From the NCBI GenBank assembly GCA_051942245.1, contig JAVECL010000029.1:1-64000 (forward strand): a stretch of 64,000 nucleotides of DNA. Direction: 5' to 3'. The translations under genes were made by a program, and so were the position numbers. This DNA comes from Trypethelium eluteriae (lineage: Eukaryota). Within the stretch, counting starts at the first letter, position 1. Each line of letters starts with the position of its first letter. Of this stretch, positions 13,101 through 24,983 are shown piece by piece. A model generated the notes under the pieces. The model saw nothing but the letters and a program-made list of their open reading frames with translations. It had not been told where the DNA came from and searched no databases.

Positions 13101-14145
13101 AGAGAAGCCAATGCGTCGGAGTATATCCGATTGCTGGCGGGATCGGATATGGGAGGATCAGGATCTCGACTGTGTTTCGTGCGGTCAAGACGCAGCTTCC
13201 ACGAGAGTTAAAAGGCTGGGAATACGGGACTTTGGTCCTGTCACCGGATGTCTATGTCGCAGATGGGAGTGAGCTTCCGAGGGAGCTAAGGGATATGCGA
13301 TTGAAGATAAGATGCTCGCTGGCGAGTGGAAAGATGCATGCAACGCCTGGGGCTGAGGGAAAGTGGATGAGTAAACGAGGGCAGAGCCTGCATTTGGCCG
13401 TGCGGAAGCGATACGCGGAGAACCTGGTGGTGGAATTTAGAAGTCACAGGCATGTATCTGACAAAAAGAAGACGCAGGCGTTTGGAATCCTGTGGCTGAA
13501 GGATGTGCCGGACGATGAGGAAAGGGAAATTACGTTGCCGGTGTGGAAGGGGGACCTGGAGAGGGCGGAGAAGTGTTGCATGCAAGAGTACGGGGACAAG
13601 GTTGGGACAATCAGGATGAAGGTTAAATTCCACAATGGACTCAGCGGATACCACCTTCAGTACACTCGTAAGGACCCCTCACTTGAAGATGTGATGGAGG
13701 CGCTGGATGCGAGTCATGAGACGGGCGAGGTAGAGGACGCCTCTGAGGAGGTTGTGCGAGAGGTTAGTGATAGTAGTGAAGATGACCAAATTGAGGAAAA
13801 AACGGGAGAAGCGGAGGAGCAGAAAGAGGGGAAGAAAGATAAAGAAAATGAAAAGTTGGAGAACTCCGGTGAGAGAGGGCCAATCAGCCAGATTGAGGAT
13901 TACAAGAAGCACAGACAGCAGTTGCACAGGAGGAATCGAGGGCTGATGCAGTGGAAGGTATGCTGCTTTCCGTCCCTGAGCCATTAACCCAGAAATCTGT
14001 GTTACTCAACGGCACCACTAACTAATGTGGGCAGGGTCCTCGTACTGTGCAATGGGTGCTACGTAAAGGCGAACGCACGGTGAATCGTGCGGCTGGGCTC
14101 TTTGATCATCGAGGGAGAGATGCGGGTGTTGAGAGGGAGGTATAA
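10191..14145 (+). CDS. mug190: Mug190-like tricalbin/extended-synaptotagmin protein (2 TM, SMP domain, C2 domains)
   Basis: Exons 10191-11219, 11357-13957, 14035-14145. Motifs: REVTDPVTHLPV, a hydrophobic hairpin, ESPQWLNGLLASVWPLINPDLF (SMP start), and C2 motifs SADPYVSVGW and LWDSDRTTADDDLG. Confidence 0.88.
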
Positions 14146-14464
14146 TCATAACCCTGTCGAAGTTTGGCTTCGGGTTTCGACTCTTAATCACGGTATTTGG
14201 TAGGGATGAATGAAAAGCAATGATACCAGGAAGTTTAGCAAAGACTGCATGCATTATAGAGCATACGAGCATACAAGGCACACGTAGTACGGCTGCGACA
14301 TACTCAGGTGTTCAGGCTGACAGTCGAGGGCAGAAATGCATTTTGAGCACAAGCATAGACAGAAAATGGAGATACTTGAACTTGGGAGCAGGCCTACGCT
14401 GGATAGTGGTATCACTTGATTGTGAGATATAGTACATTAAGCCGTACCCCTCAGTCAACTACAA

Positions 14465-15299
14465 TCAGTCCTTCTTCAACGGGCTATACACCTCCTCTAT
14501 CCCATCCTTTGTAATGGTCATCATCTGCAGCCCATCACCAACCTCAATCTGCCGCTCAGTCGCACTCGTAAACGCATCCTTGACCAATTGTTCCACATCC
14601 TTTCTAGGCAAGGGCTCCGGCACCCGTTGCTCTAACGCATGGCCAACTCCGCTCCCTGGAACATATTGATTTTTGAAGTTGACTTGATTGTCCAGGAATG
14701 GCATAATGAGACTCGACGCTGATCCCGCCGCTCGACATTGCTCTCGCTCATAGCTGCCTACAGGATCATAGCTGTACAACGCACCTTTGCCATCCTCGTC
14801 TAGACCTCCCAGGATCGCGTGTACGTAGTAAGGGAAAAATCGCTTCGAGTATAGGATGTGACTTAGCCGTTGGGCGCACGCGGCGACGGTCATGGGCTTC
14901 CCGTGCTGGTACTTGTACATCTTGACGACGGTATCGAGGCGCTCCTTGAGGGCGTTACCGTCGGCAGCGAAGCCGACCACCGACAGCACAATCCGTGCAT
15001 TTTCGTTGGATGGGCCCTCACCGCCGATCTTGAAGAGTTTCGGGGCGTAGCGGGTGTTGATGTTGTAGCCTGAGGTAGACCTGGTGTCACCGGCGAAGAT
15101 GGTAAAGTCTGCACCCGAGATACCCAAGGTGGAGCCGCCGTTGTCGGTGTAGCTAGGTTGAAGGTCAGTCTGCGAGGAGCTCTAAGCGGTAGACAGTCAC
15201 CTACGGGTTGAAGGCGTGTTCTCTCGTGCCTGAAGATAGGTGGTTGAAAGAGTAGCCTGGTGCTTCTTGTGGTATTGATGCTGAGAACACAGAGGCCAT
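14465..15299 (-). CDS. PRE7: 20S proteasome subunit beta-6
   Basis: Exons 15299-15205 and 15152-14465. FNPYTDNGGSTLGISG, LYSKRFFPYYV, YSYDPVGSYERE, ERQIEVGDG, ending LKKD. Confidence 0.97.
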
Positions 15300-15406
15300 A
15301 TTGGGGGATTTAGATTGATGAGGAGGCCGGAAGAGGAGGGATCGAGCTACTGAGGTATTTGGTGAAAGGTAACGGAGAAAATGGGGTGATTGTGGAAGCT
15401 GATGAA

Positions 15407-15417
15407 TTGAAGCTGCT
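15407..15417 (-). promoter_or_regulatory. Shared proteasome-promoter motif AGCAGCTTCAA, 108 nt upstream of the PRE7 ATG
   Basis: Plus-strand TTGAAGCTGCT; same motif and gene-relative orientation upstream of PRE4 and PUP3. Confidence 0.6.
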
Positions 15418-15826
15418 CTTGTAGATGACGCGCGCTCCGACTGCCTACTCTTCGTGCAGTAGCGCGCTAGCTATGGAGTAGCGCGAATAATTGCCGCTGC
15501 GTGCAATGGACACTACAACCCTTGCCCTTTGGTCTAACGTGTATTTTGCTGCTTTAAAAAGTAGTATAACAAGAATGAGCCATGTCAGAAACGAAGACCA
15601 GAATCTGGAGGAGTTATGGAGCTGCGCCTCTTCCGACGAGTACTATTGTCAATGATCCAAGCAGAATCTAAGCACTTGGCAGAACTGGCAAAAACGAGAC
15701 TAGGAGGTCTTAGTAGATTAAGAAAAATAGTTACCCGCGCGTTTAGGCGCTGTATTCCTGTACGCCTCTACACGCGCACATCACCTCATCCTCTTGCGAA
15801 AGCTATATGCTCGAGCGTGGTCAACC

Positions 15827-16952
15827 ATGTCCGCTGCGCTCGGCTTAGTCGACTATGGAAGTAGCGACGAAGAGGGGCAAATTGCGCCCAGGCCAGATCG
15901 GGAGGTAAGATTGAACTCTGCTCATTTTTCTCGAACGATTTTGAAAGGATGGATGGCTACTAATGACCAAGACAATAACAGGACCGCGATATTCCACATG
16001 AACCAGACTTGCAACCGAGAGGCTCTAGTATGCGATTCTCATGGTTCCAAGTCCAATCGCTGACAATGGAGCCATGCTAGCCAAGGAGGCTCCCCAGTCG
16101 ACCGACGTTCGAGGGACATCTATCCCTCAGAGAGAAAATCCCTCGAAGATTCCCACGAAGCCTTCTATAGAATCAAAGAGACAACCTGAGGATGCAGCAC
16201 CTGCTACAGCCGTGGAAGACACTACCATTCAGGGATCTTCAGCATCATCCCATTTACCAGCTTCCGAGCATTCGCCTTTACCAGGACCGTCACTTGGACC
16301 TGCCAGGCCCCCTGGCGCGGAAACGGCAGATGAATCAATCTCACACCCTCAATCGCCCTATTCCATTATTCGATCGCAACTTCGAAGTGTCACCATGCCT
16401 CCTGTACCCAACTTCAGCGTACCTCCATCACCTCCAGGATCGCCGCCAGCCCAGGTCACCAAAAAGTTTGAACAGTTCCTGGAACTCAAGCAAAAAGGTA
16501 GACACTTCAACGAGACTCTAGCTAACTCTTCAGCTCTGCGAAACCCAACGCTGTTGCAGAAGCTGATTGGTTTCGCGGGAATTAGTGAGGAAGATCAGTA
16601 TGCAACGACACTCCCAGCTGAGGCAGCCATACCTACCAAATTTCCGGAGTGGGCATACGGAGATCAATTAGACAAGGCGCAGAAGGCCATCGCTAAGAAG
16701 AGGGAAGAGGAGGCATCAAAGAAGCAACGAGAATCGCTAAATTTTGTTAAGGCGTCTGGATCCGGCACGTCAAGCAGGAGTACGACCCCAGGTACGGCGC
16801 CAAGAGCAGGGCATAGTGCAGCAGAACGAATCCTGGCAGAGCTTGATGGAAAAGGACCACAGTCACAACTGAGGGCTACAGATCGGAAGAGTGGACGGTC
16901 AAGTGGATCAAGAAGTCGTTTTGACCAGCGATCACGATCGCCTGCGCAATGA
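15827..16952 (+). CDS. HCNGP / SAP30-binding protein-like nuclear protein
   Basis: Exons 15827-15904, 15982-16027, 16081-16952. N-terminal LGLVDYGSSDEE; core PPSPPGSPP...KFEQFLELKQKGRHFNETLANSSALRNPTLLQKLIGFAGI. Confidence 0.88.
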
Positions 16953-18231
16953 GACTCATATAAAGTTTGAGACTTGCCCTGGCACTCTTCATTAGAGTAT
17001 ATGGCCTTCTGGAAATTCTGAAGTAACTTGAAAGACTCGAAGGACTTGCAAGGCAATACTGTCAAAGGATAAAGAGAGGTCGCCAGCAGGGGGCCAGCAA
17101 GTGGACTGGTGCTGCGCTCTCTGAGGAGTCGCATGAGGGAGGTGGCATGAGGGTGAGAAGCAGGAAAGGACGCGAATACGCGCAGCCACTTGCGCTGACG
17201 CGATTGGCGGCCACGGGATTCACGGATTTCTGAGACTAGGTACTTTAATGGTTTATCCCTCCCCGTCATATCGCCCATTTCCAGGACCGTAGCCTCTGCT
17301 GGCTTGGTAGTCCTTTCGATTCTGTTGAGTTATAACTAGAACATGGCCATTCCTCTGGCTATTCTTTATTTATGACTTAGTAGTGCTCGTACCTTGGCTT
17401 ATCATGGAAGAGGAAGAATTCGTTAAAAGGATTAAGCATACCAGAGGTGATCCTCTCATCCTACATTCGTCTATGTTCTGTTTGAGGGAGTGCCCCGTCC
17501 TGTATCTTGTCGCGCATAAACATAACTATTATCCATACCTATGGTCCTTGATAACATGGGCGAGCAAGGTCAAGGCGACTACCTGACCAAATCCCCACGT
17601 TCTGGGATCCTCAGTCTAGGATCGTTTGGATCGGTCGGTTCGATAGCCTGATGACAGCAGCCATGTAGGTACATACCTTATCCAGCGGAAACTGCGCCAG
17701 TACAGAGACAGTGAATACAAATGACATACAACATTGTCCGAGCACGTTGCGCTACGACATGCAAATGAGAGGGTCCCAGAAACGGGAGGCTGAGTAAGGC
17801 TGAGTATTAAATTCACCTACAAGTGAACAGAGAGCGAGCTGAGCTGAGCCGAGGTTGAGCCGCGCGTAATGTTGCTGGGTCATCGCGCGAAGCCGACTAT
17901 GGAACCTAGCTGGGCGCGCGGCGAGATTAATTAGAAGTGATGCGAAAACAGCGAAGTGTAGTTGGTCTCAAAGGCAAAGAAGATGTTCAGATGCTTCAGT
18001 GACAAAATTCAGAGTTGGAATCCCTGCTGGTCGCTCAACATAGAAGCTAATCCTAGCTATGAAGCATGAGCAAAGTTCCCGTTGTCTGTTGTCGGAGCTT
18101 TCCAGCCGAGGCACATGAAAGCTCGAATGCATCGACACTGAGCTTTGGCTACCTGGTGATTACACAACCTCACGACTCCCCTACATCAATGACTCACTCA
18201 CACGGTCGCGCCCTTGTATAGGTAGGTAGGT

Positions 18232-19371
18232 ATGTCCACCTACCAGTACTCCTTCGCCGCCTCCCCAGATATTATTCGTTCCCACCAAAAAGACGCCTAC
18301 TTCACCGCCCACCTCTCGGATCACCTCTCTGCCCTCCTGCGAAGCCTTCTTGGTGCACGCGCTGCGCATACCTACACCTCTGAGCTCCACGTCCTTGGCG
18401 AGCTGCTCTATCTGGGTCTGACAACCCTGATTGGGAACCGTACGCTAGGCGAGGAATACTGCGACATTGTACAGGTGGAAGATGCGACGCTCGCGTTGCC
18501 CGGCGTGCAGAGGCGGGCCGGCTACATTGTGAGCAGTGTGCTAGTGCCATATGGGCTGGGAAGAATACTACCGGCATTTAGGAGGAAGGTAAGGGCGAAG
18601 CTGGAAGCTACGCTGAGAAAATCGGCAGCGGGACAACCGGGCGATGCACTCGCGAAGCCGAGTCCTAGCCTGCGAAAGCTACAGCAATATGTCCTGGAGA
18701 ATTTGGACACGATTACGTCGCCTTCACCCGTATACGCGCTTAGTCTAGCGGTATTCTACTTCTCAGGGGCGTACTACCAGCTTGGAAAGAGAATATGGGG
18801 GCTACGATACATCTTCACCCGGAGGGTGGAAGAGGGGGAGCAGCGCGTAGGGTATGAGGTATTGGGTGTGCTGCTGGTGCTACAACTGACGGTACAGTCT
18901 TGGCTGCATCTGCGCAAGACACTTGATTCGAGTGCCACATCAATGTCGCATACCGCAAATATACCGGTTGGTGCTGGAGTCCCCGCCGGTCGTGCGGTGA
19001 TCGATGGAGGTGTGGAAGTCTCGTTGGATCCCAACATGTACTCCTCGAATAATGCACTCTTGTTCGAGTCATCGGGAGTACCCACGCCAGAAACGAGTCC
19101 GGAAGGGCTCGAGAAGATCACACACACGCCCGCGTTGGCCAAGGCAAGGTACAGCTTGAAGGATAAAGAGACGTTGAGGTGGCTGGGCACTCGGCAGCAA
19201 AGAAAATGCACGTTATGTCTTGAAGAGATGGAAAATCCGAGCGTGACGACGTGCGGGCATGTCTTCTGTTGGACCTGCATAAGTGATTGGTGTAGGGAAA
19301 AGCCTGAGTGTCCGTTATGTAGGCAGATGAGTCTGGTACAGCACATCCTGCCGCTGAGATGCGGACAATAG
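18232..19371 (+). CDS. PEX10: Peroxisomal RING-finger E3 ligase Pex10
   Basis: Single exon. FAASPDIIRSHQKD, TLGEEY signature, C-terminal C3HC4 RING (CTLC...CGHVFCWTC...CPLC). Confidence 0.97.
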   Translation: MSTYQYSFAASPDIIRSHQKDAYFTAHLSDHLSALLRSLLGARAAHTYTSELHVLGELLYLGLTTLIGNRTLGEEYCDIVQVEDATLALPGVQRRAGYIVSSVLVPYGLGRILPAFRRKVRAKLEATLRKSAAGQPGDALAKPSPSLRKLQQYVLENLDTITSPSPVYALSLAVFYFSGAYYQLGKRIWGLRYIFTRRVEEGEQRVGYEVLGVLLVLQLTVQSWLHLRKTLDSSATSMSHTANIPVGAGVPAGRAVIDGGVEVSLDPNMYSSNNALLFESSGVPTPETSPEGLEKITHTPALAKARYSLKDKETLRWLGTRQQRKCTLCLEEMENPSVTTCGHVFCWTCISDWCREKPECPLCRQMSLVQHILPLRCGQ

Positions 19372-19463
19372 TATACAGATTCGATATAAGAGGCTCGGCT
19401 AAGGACTATCCGAGACCAAGCGATATTCTATCTCGAGTCTTCTCATTAGAGATGGCCTCTGGA

Positions 19464-20401
19464 CTACACCGTCTGCGTTCCATATCCCTTTATGCCCTCC
19501 GCAAACGCCCAGCTCTGCTGCTCCAATTGCTCATCTTCCACCAACTCTACCTCCTTCTCCTTCTCAACCACTGCCATACTGTATTTATCTATACTCCTCG
19601 CATCCCGATAGAACAACACCTTCATACATTCCCTCACCACTCCCACCGCCTTCTCTCTCGTCATCTCCGCCACCGCCGCCTCATCCGGCACCGCCCTCCT
19701 CAAAATGGGCTGCGCCAGATGCGCGCCGAACCCGGTCGCCAACGTCGGCGCCGAGAATGTCGTCCCCAAAAGATCCACGGTCGCCAAGAACGGCTGGCTC
19801 TCGCCGTCCAAGCCGACCACCAAGATCGCGTTCCACAGCGGGTTGAACTCGCTCCGGCGCTTATACATGACCTTCGCGAGGTAGGTGTGCAGGTTCCGGG
19901 CGTTCAGCTCGCGCGCGGCATTGTCCGACTCTGAAGCGGTGCTGCTGTAGTCCTCGCGGATGGAGAGGGTGGAAAGGAGGCGGTCGAGGTGCTGCATGTC
20001 TGAGACGTCACCGCCGAAGCCGAGGACGACGCGAGAGTTGAAACGGCGGAGGCGTTTGACGTCAGTGAAGCGGGCGAGAGAGCCATAGGAAGCTGAGAAA
20101 AGGCCGTGGGTTAGCGAATGCCGAGAGGGGAGGTCGATAGAGACATTGATATTGGAGTGCACGCACCTAGGTTGTCGGCGGCAATGACGACGCCGTCTTT
20201 GAATTTCACTGCTATAACAGAGGTGCCAGTGACGATGGGTGACTGCGTATGTTGTTTTGAACCGTCAGGTTGGAGGTAGGCATGGTTGTATGCGCCATAG
20301 ACATCATCTCGTGGCTACAGGAAGAGTTTCTTAGCAGTGACTTCGGCTTTTGGGGTCGCTGGGAAGCTTACCCTGCCCCAGCCATGGGGAAAGTGGTTCA
20401 T
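19464..20401 (-). CDS. PRE4: 20S proteasome subunit beta-7
   Basis: Exons 20401-20372, 20314-20167, 20092-19464. [64 protein letters not shown], ending GYGTQTV. Confidence 0.97.
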
Positions 20402-20514
20402 GTTTTCCTGCAGACGATGACAAAAGCAAAGAGGGCGACTTGTCAGTAATTAGGAATTTGGGCCGCAGGGACTCGATTGTCTGGAGGATATGGAAGCGGC
20501 GTTGAGTGATGCAG

Positions 20515-20525
20515 TTGGAGCTGCT
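20515..20525 (-). promoter_or_regulatory. Shared proteasome-promoter motif AGCAGCTCCAA, 114 nt upstream of the PRE4 ATG
   Basis: Plus-strand TTGGAGCTGCT, containing GGAGCT; followed by AGGCAGAGCTCCGACGCG. Confidence 0.6.
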
Positions 20526-20837
20526 AGGCAGAGCTCCGACGCGAAGCATGATGTCCTATTTACGCGCGCGGGTAACTACAAGACCTCAGCTAATACTCCG
20601 TACTCCGTACTTCGTGTTGTGCAGCCATCCTGCTCGGACTCTTTAGGTCAATGAGTTCCAATGACGCTGGCTAGTGTGGCGCTGCTACTTTGCCAGAAAT
20701 CGAAGTGATATCTACACGCTCATCGTCTTATGCAAAACATCCACTTGTGGGCCCGAGCCAATCACGCTTAAGATCTACAGAAGATGAACAGTTGGATCAG
20801 TAAGACATCAATCCAAAAAGCGATCTCTTTCTTCTGA

Positions 20838-22661
20838 TCATGCTTCATTGACGACTTCTCGATCTGAAGAGTCCTCAAAAATTTCGTGGGCACGATGATC
20901 TTCTGCAAAATTTACGAAGTCAAACTTTCTCCAGCTTACATCCTGGCTTCTCTCACCCCTTCGTCGCCTCTCAAGTCCTCCAAACCCACCCCAGTACGAA
21001 TCATTCTGAATGGGCGGTATGCTGCGCTGACAGGCTGGGTGCTCATAGTCCTGCTTCCTCCCCAACGGCCAGATGGGAATAAAGCACACCTCATCCAACT
21101 CGCAGTTTCCGCATTTCTTCCAGGGGGTCCAGCGTAGGTACTCAACCAAATTCTGAACTGAAGTTTGTGCTGCTTTGAGAGAGGATGCATGAGTCGTGTC
21201 GACGAGTGTGCTGCAAAGGGTTTCTGTGACAGTGTAGATGGCATTTGCGGCCATCGAGCGAGGTGAGGTGGACCAGGAAGGGGGAAGATATTGTACCGCG
21301 CAGCGCTCGATTTCCAACCTGTCATTCCGGTTGCTGTAATCAATGTATGGCGCGAGCAGAGCTTTGACCTCGGCTTGCAGCTGGTCGAGGGAATCTACCA
21401 AACGAGAGGAGAGGTGCGCCAGGCGATCAGAATAGCGGGCGACGATCATATCCGCAACGCTTTGCCAGTTTCTCTCGGTAACTTCCTTTTCTCTCTTATC
21501 AGCTATTGGCGCATTTGATATGATCATTTTAGAAATATCGTCTCGAATTCCAGTGCGAGTGATATTTGAAACGTTCGCGATTCGAGGATGCTCCGAGTTG
21601 TCCTCAAATAGGTTGATGCCATACCCGAAGCACGTCACAAAATGATCATAGTCGAGCCGTACGCGATCACCGCCAATTCCGTCAAATCGGGACGCGACTG
21701 CTCGGTAGTAAGCCATCTCTGTACCAAATCCTCCTTTCAGGCCTTCCCGCACAGAAGTCCGTGAAATGAAGTCGATTTCGAGATGTTTCTCAAAGTCACA
21801 AAGGATGATCTCGAAGCCCATTTCCATGCGAAGGAAGCCGTCAATACGACCTCCCCAATCAGTGATGGATAAATTGCATAAGCCATATGCACGAGCCCAC
21901 TCTCCCATCATAGGATGATGTGTGCTGGTGTTGGAGGGTTGTAAAATGTAATCGGTCGAGTCGAGAGTTCCATTGAAGGTCTTGCCGGCAGACATGCCAT
22001 CAATGTAGAGAAGTGATAGTGGATGCTTGGTACGATATGTAAACAAAAAGCCTCCTCTATCTTCCTTGCCCCCTTCTACTTGCATTGGCTTTTGCTGACG
22101 CCCTTGTGGTGCAGCCATCGATAGAACTGCCTCTGAATGGCTTTGTATGCGTGGCCCTTGCTCGACATCGAAATATTTAGGTCGTCTTTTGTAGCGAACA
22201 GCTTCCCAAAGCAGTGGCAAGAGTTTCCACGGCTTAGGCTGGGTGGATGCCGGTGCGTGCCTGTACTCTTCCGTCGAATGAAACACGTCTTCTGGTGCTT
22301 GCGACAGCTCTGTCCTAGTACTATCATCCGCAGGGTGTTTGCGCCTCGGCAGAGGTCGAGCAAACATCATTGCATGCTCTGGTTCAAAAGCAAGCCACTC
22401 CGGGCCTGGTACAGACTCGTTCGAGCCCCTTCCATGATATAGCTGCGTTCCCTCTGCTACGGAGGCGAGGAAGAATGACATACCGTTATGGTTTAAGGAC
22501 GAACCCCACTGACGCATGGATGAATGAATTGCATTGAATATATGGTTAGCATTTTGCAATGGTGCGGATGGCTCTCTGTTTGGCTCAAATGAAGGCAAGA
22601 CAATGCCTACAGTGGAGCGAGCAGCCAGCAAGAAACAGTATGTTGAAAAAAGAAAAGACAT
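20838..22661 (-). CDS. Secreted, uncharacterised fungal protein (probably YOR389W-like family); possible ADP-ribosyltransferase-like fold
   Basis: Intronless 607-aa ORF with a hydrophobic signal-like N-terminus. Conserved-looking blocks NANHIFNAIHSSMRQWGSSLNHNGMS, LYHG, EWLAFEPEHA, LLYIDGMSAGK, IDGFLRMEMGFEIILCDF, and a Cys-rich end WKKCGNC...CFIPIWP. Family name is from memory. Confidence 0.8.
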   Translation of the reverse strand: MSFLFSTYCFLLAARSTVGIVLPSFEPNREPSAPLQNANHIFNAIHSSMRQWGSSLNHNGMSFFLASVAEGTQLYHGRGSNESVPGPEWLAFEPEHAMMFARPLPRRKHPADDSTRTELSQAPEDVFHSTEEYRHAPASTQPKPWKLLPLLWEAVRYKRRPKYFDVEQGPRIQSHSEAVLSMAAPQGRQQKPMQVEGGKEDRGGFLFTYRTKHPLSLLYIDGMSAGKTFNGTLDSTDYILQPSNTSTHHPMMGEWARAYGLCNLSITDWGGRIDGFLRMEMGFEIILCDFEKHLEIDFISRTSVREGLKGGFGTEMAYYRAVASRFDGIGGDRVRLDYDHFVTCFGYGINLFEDNSEHPRIANVSNITRTGIRDDISKMIISNAPIADKREKEVTERNWQSVADMIVARYSDRLAHLSSRLVDSLDQLQAEVKALLAPYIDYSNRNDRLEIERCAVQYLPPSWSTSPRSMAANAIYTVTETLCSTLVDTTHASSLKAAQTSVQNLVEYLRWTPWKKCGNCELDEVCFIPIWPLGRKQDYEHPACQRSIPPIQNDSYWGGFGGLERRRRGERSQDVSWRKFDFVNFAEDHRAHEIFEDSSDREVVNEA

Positions 22662-23207
22662 AGTACAGTGGCAGGCTGAATGATCCCATGTAGAGATTGT
22701 TCAGGCAGCTAAAAATGAGAGATTTCCACAATCCATGAGAGATGCAGATTATCTGGGGTTTGGTCTATTTGAAGTAGTTTTGAACCTTTTTTTCTTTTTT
22801 CGGTGGCACTCCGGATGCAATCAATTCATGTCCCAGTTTGGAACGCAGTGTAGTCGTAAGTCTGCCGCGTAAGCAGATCTTTTGATTCGACGCGAGGAGA
22901 TTGACGCCAGTCACCGACTACATCGGTTGACACTGTTGAGACAAATCATCTTGATGCGCAGAATAAAGAGGGGAGGTCTTCGGTATGGCTATTTGGTAGT
23001 CACCGCAGGAGCTGCGTGGATTGCCCTGGCTTGTACTTCGTATGGTAATAGAAAGATGTCGGGCGGCAGTTGGTGCGTCTCCTAGGCAAGTGCAAGGTTG
23101 CGTTTAAGAATAGGCCCGCGAGCACAGAGCAGGTAGAATCAAATTACCAGAGCTACATCACCAAACAATTTGCTGGAGCTTTTGATGATTATTGCTTCAT
23201 AGTATGT

Positions 23208-24751
23208 CTATTTGATATGGACATCCAACCCGTCCAAATCGCTGATTTCTGTATCTTGTATCATGTCGATCTCCTTGAGCCTCTCACCGTCAAATTCGAT
23301 GAATACTATCTGTGCCGCTGCGGTCTTAAAAGCCTTTCGGGCGACATTAACTATCTGCATTATCTTAGTTGTCTGCTTATAAGTCAGCAATTAATATCGG
23401 TGGCAGGACAATAACACCTACCGGTTTCACAATGATCTTGTAGTCCGCCATCCCCTTCGCTTTCAAGATGATTCTTACTTGTGCATCCGCCTCTCGAGAC
23501 TGGTCTACTCTTGAACTAGGATCGATAGCCTCATCCCCAGAGTAGCTGGAATGCGTAGCAGGTCCAGCTTGAGTTTTCTTACCTGCCTTTTCCTTTTTCG
23601 ACAGCTCGAGGATCTCTTCAGTCACAGCTTCGAGGTGCACTTTCACTGCACCATCTTCATCATCATCTTTGAATCCCTCTCTATCACTGAATCCTTTCTT
23701 TTGTCCAGGAATGAAAGTGGTTCCCAAAGCGTCCACTGCGATCCCTAAACTCTTGCAGCTCGTCACATCGAATATTCTTCTCCCTCTCCAGGTCAGAAAT
23801 ACGTCGACCTCGGTTATCGGTGGTGGAAATTGCTGTCTTGAACACCAAGCAGCTCTTACCTCCTGTAACCGTTGAGATAATTTCCTTTTGACGATGAGGG
23901 GACAGGACCCTTCAATAGGGGATGTGATCAGTAGTTGCACGACAGGATCTGGGGCCTCAGTTGATGGTGACTTCTTTGCTCCAGCCGAGGAAGTCATGTA
24001 CTCTCTCGACAAATAATTTCTACCCATTCCTTGTGCAAGACTTGCGTTCTCAAGTTCACGCTGACGGGCTCTCGCACGGGCCGCGGCAGCAAGTTCAGGG
24101 AATTCCTCCACGGACTCATTATCTTCATCTTCGTTGTCCTGAGACTTCTCAATTAGCCCAGGACAGGGTTTTGAGGCCTGGGTAATCTCAATGTCCGGCT
24201 CCGAATCTGATCCACTACCAAGGTCTATGATCTCCGAAGTAGATTGGGCAGGGGACTTTGGAACCTCTGCTGGTACATAACCTGCCTTGCTGATTTCTTC
24301 TTGTGGCACCAGTGATTTTTGTGAAGGTCCAGGAGACGCGATTCGAGCATCCTTGGGTGATTGTCTACTTCTTGATTAGTACTGTCTGTCCTGTCACTTC
24401 CCCGACTTCTCTTGCAGCACACCTCTTTCTGCCTGCCCGGGAGTCGCTAGCACCTCCATAATCCTTATCCATATCATTGCTGACCCGCCTCTTCTTTCTC
24501 GATCCGACGCCATCAAGTTCTAGCTGTCTTGCTGCTTCCTGTCGCTCTTTCTCCCGCACTTCCTTTGCCTGATGTTTTCGCTGTCGCTCAGCAAGTATTG
24601 CGTCGAAGGATTCCTTCGATCTTTCAAATAGATTTTCAGGTGTGGAGGTAACTTGTGGGAGTGCCTTGCGACCCGCGGGGCGATTGAATAGGGACTTTTT
24701 GGCTGGTTTGGTAGGCGGCCCGTCGACTGAGGCAGAGGCTTCCATGAGCAT
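23208..24751 (-). CDS. Esc2/Rad60-like protein with tandem SUMO-like domains
   Basis: Exons 24751 (or 24745)-24423, 24364-23422, 23372-23208. SLD1: VVQLLITSPIEGSCPLIVKRKLSQRL...VFLTWRGRRIFDVTSC. SLD2: VRIILKAKG...IEFDGERL...TEISDLDGLDVHIK. Confidence 0.82.
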
Positions 24752-24983
24752 ATATTTCGATCTATGAATGCACCCAGTACGCCAAAAAAGGAACGAGTAG
24801 CGGTCTCGAGGCTTTGCGCCTAGGAGAAAGGTGTAGAGAGCGAAGATTAATTCACGATTCCTCATGCGCTGCCCCACGGCGCGCGGTCACATGATCGCGC
24901 AACCTAAAGGTTTGTAGGTCAACTTTCGAGTCCCCCGCCAAACTCTAAGAACGCAACATCAGATACCAAAATTGAACACAGCA

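Noticed and set aside
17630..17655. GGTTCGATAG resembling a tRNA T-loop / B box
   Set aside because: No T-stem pairing, acceptor stem or A box; no cloverleaf can be built.
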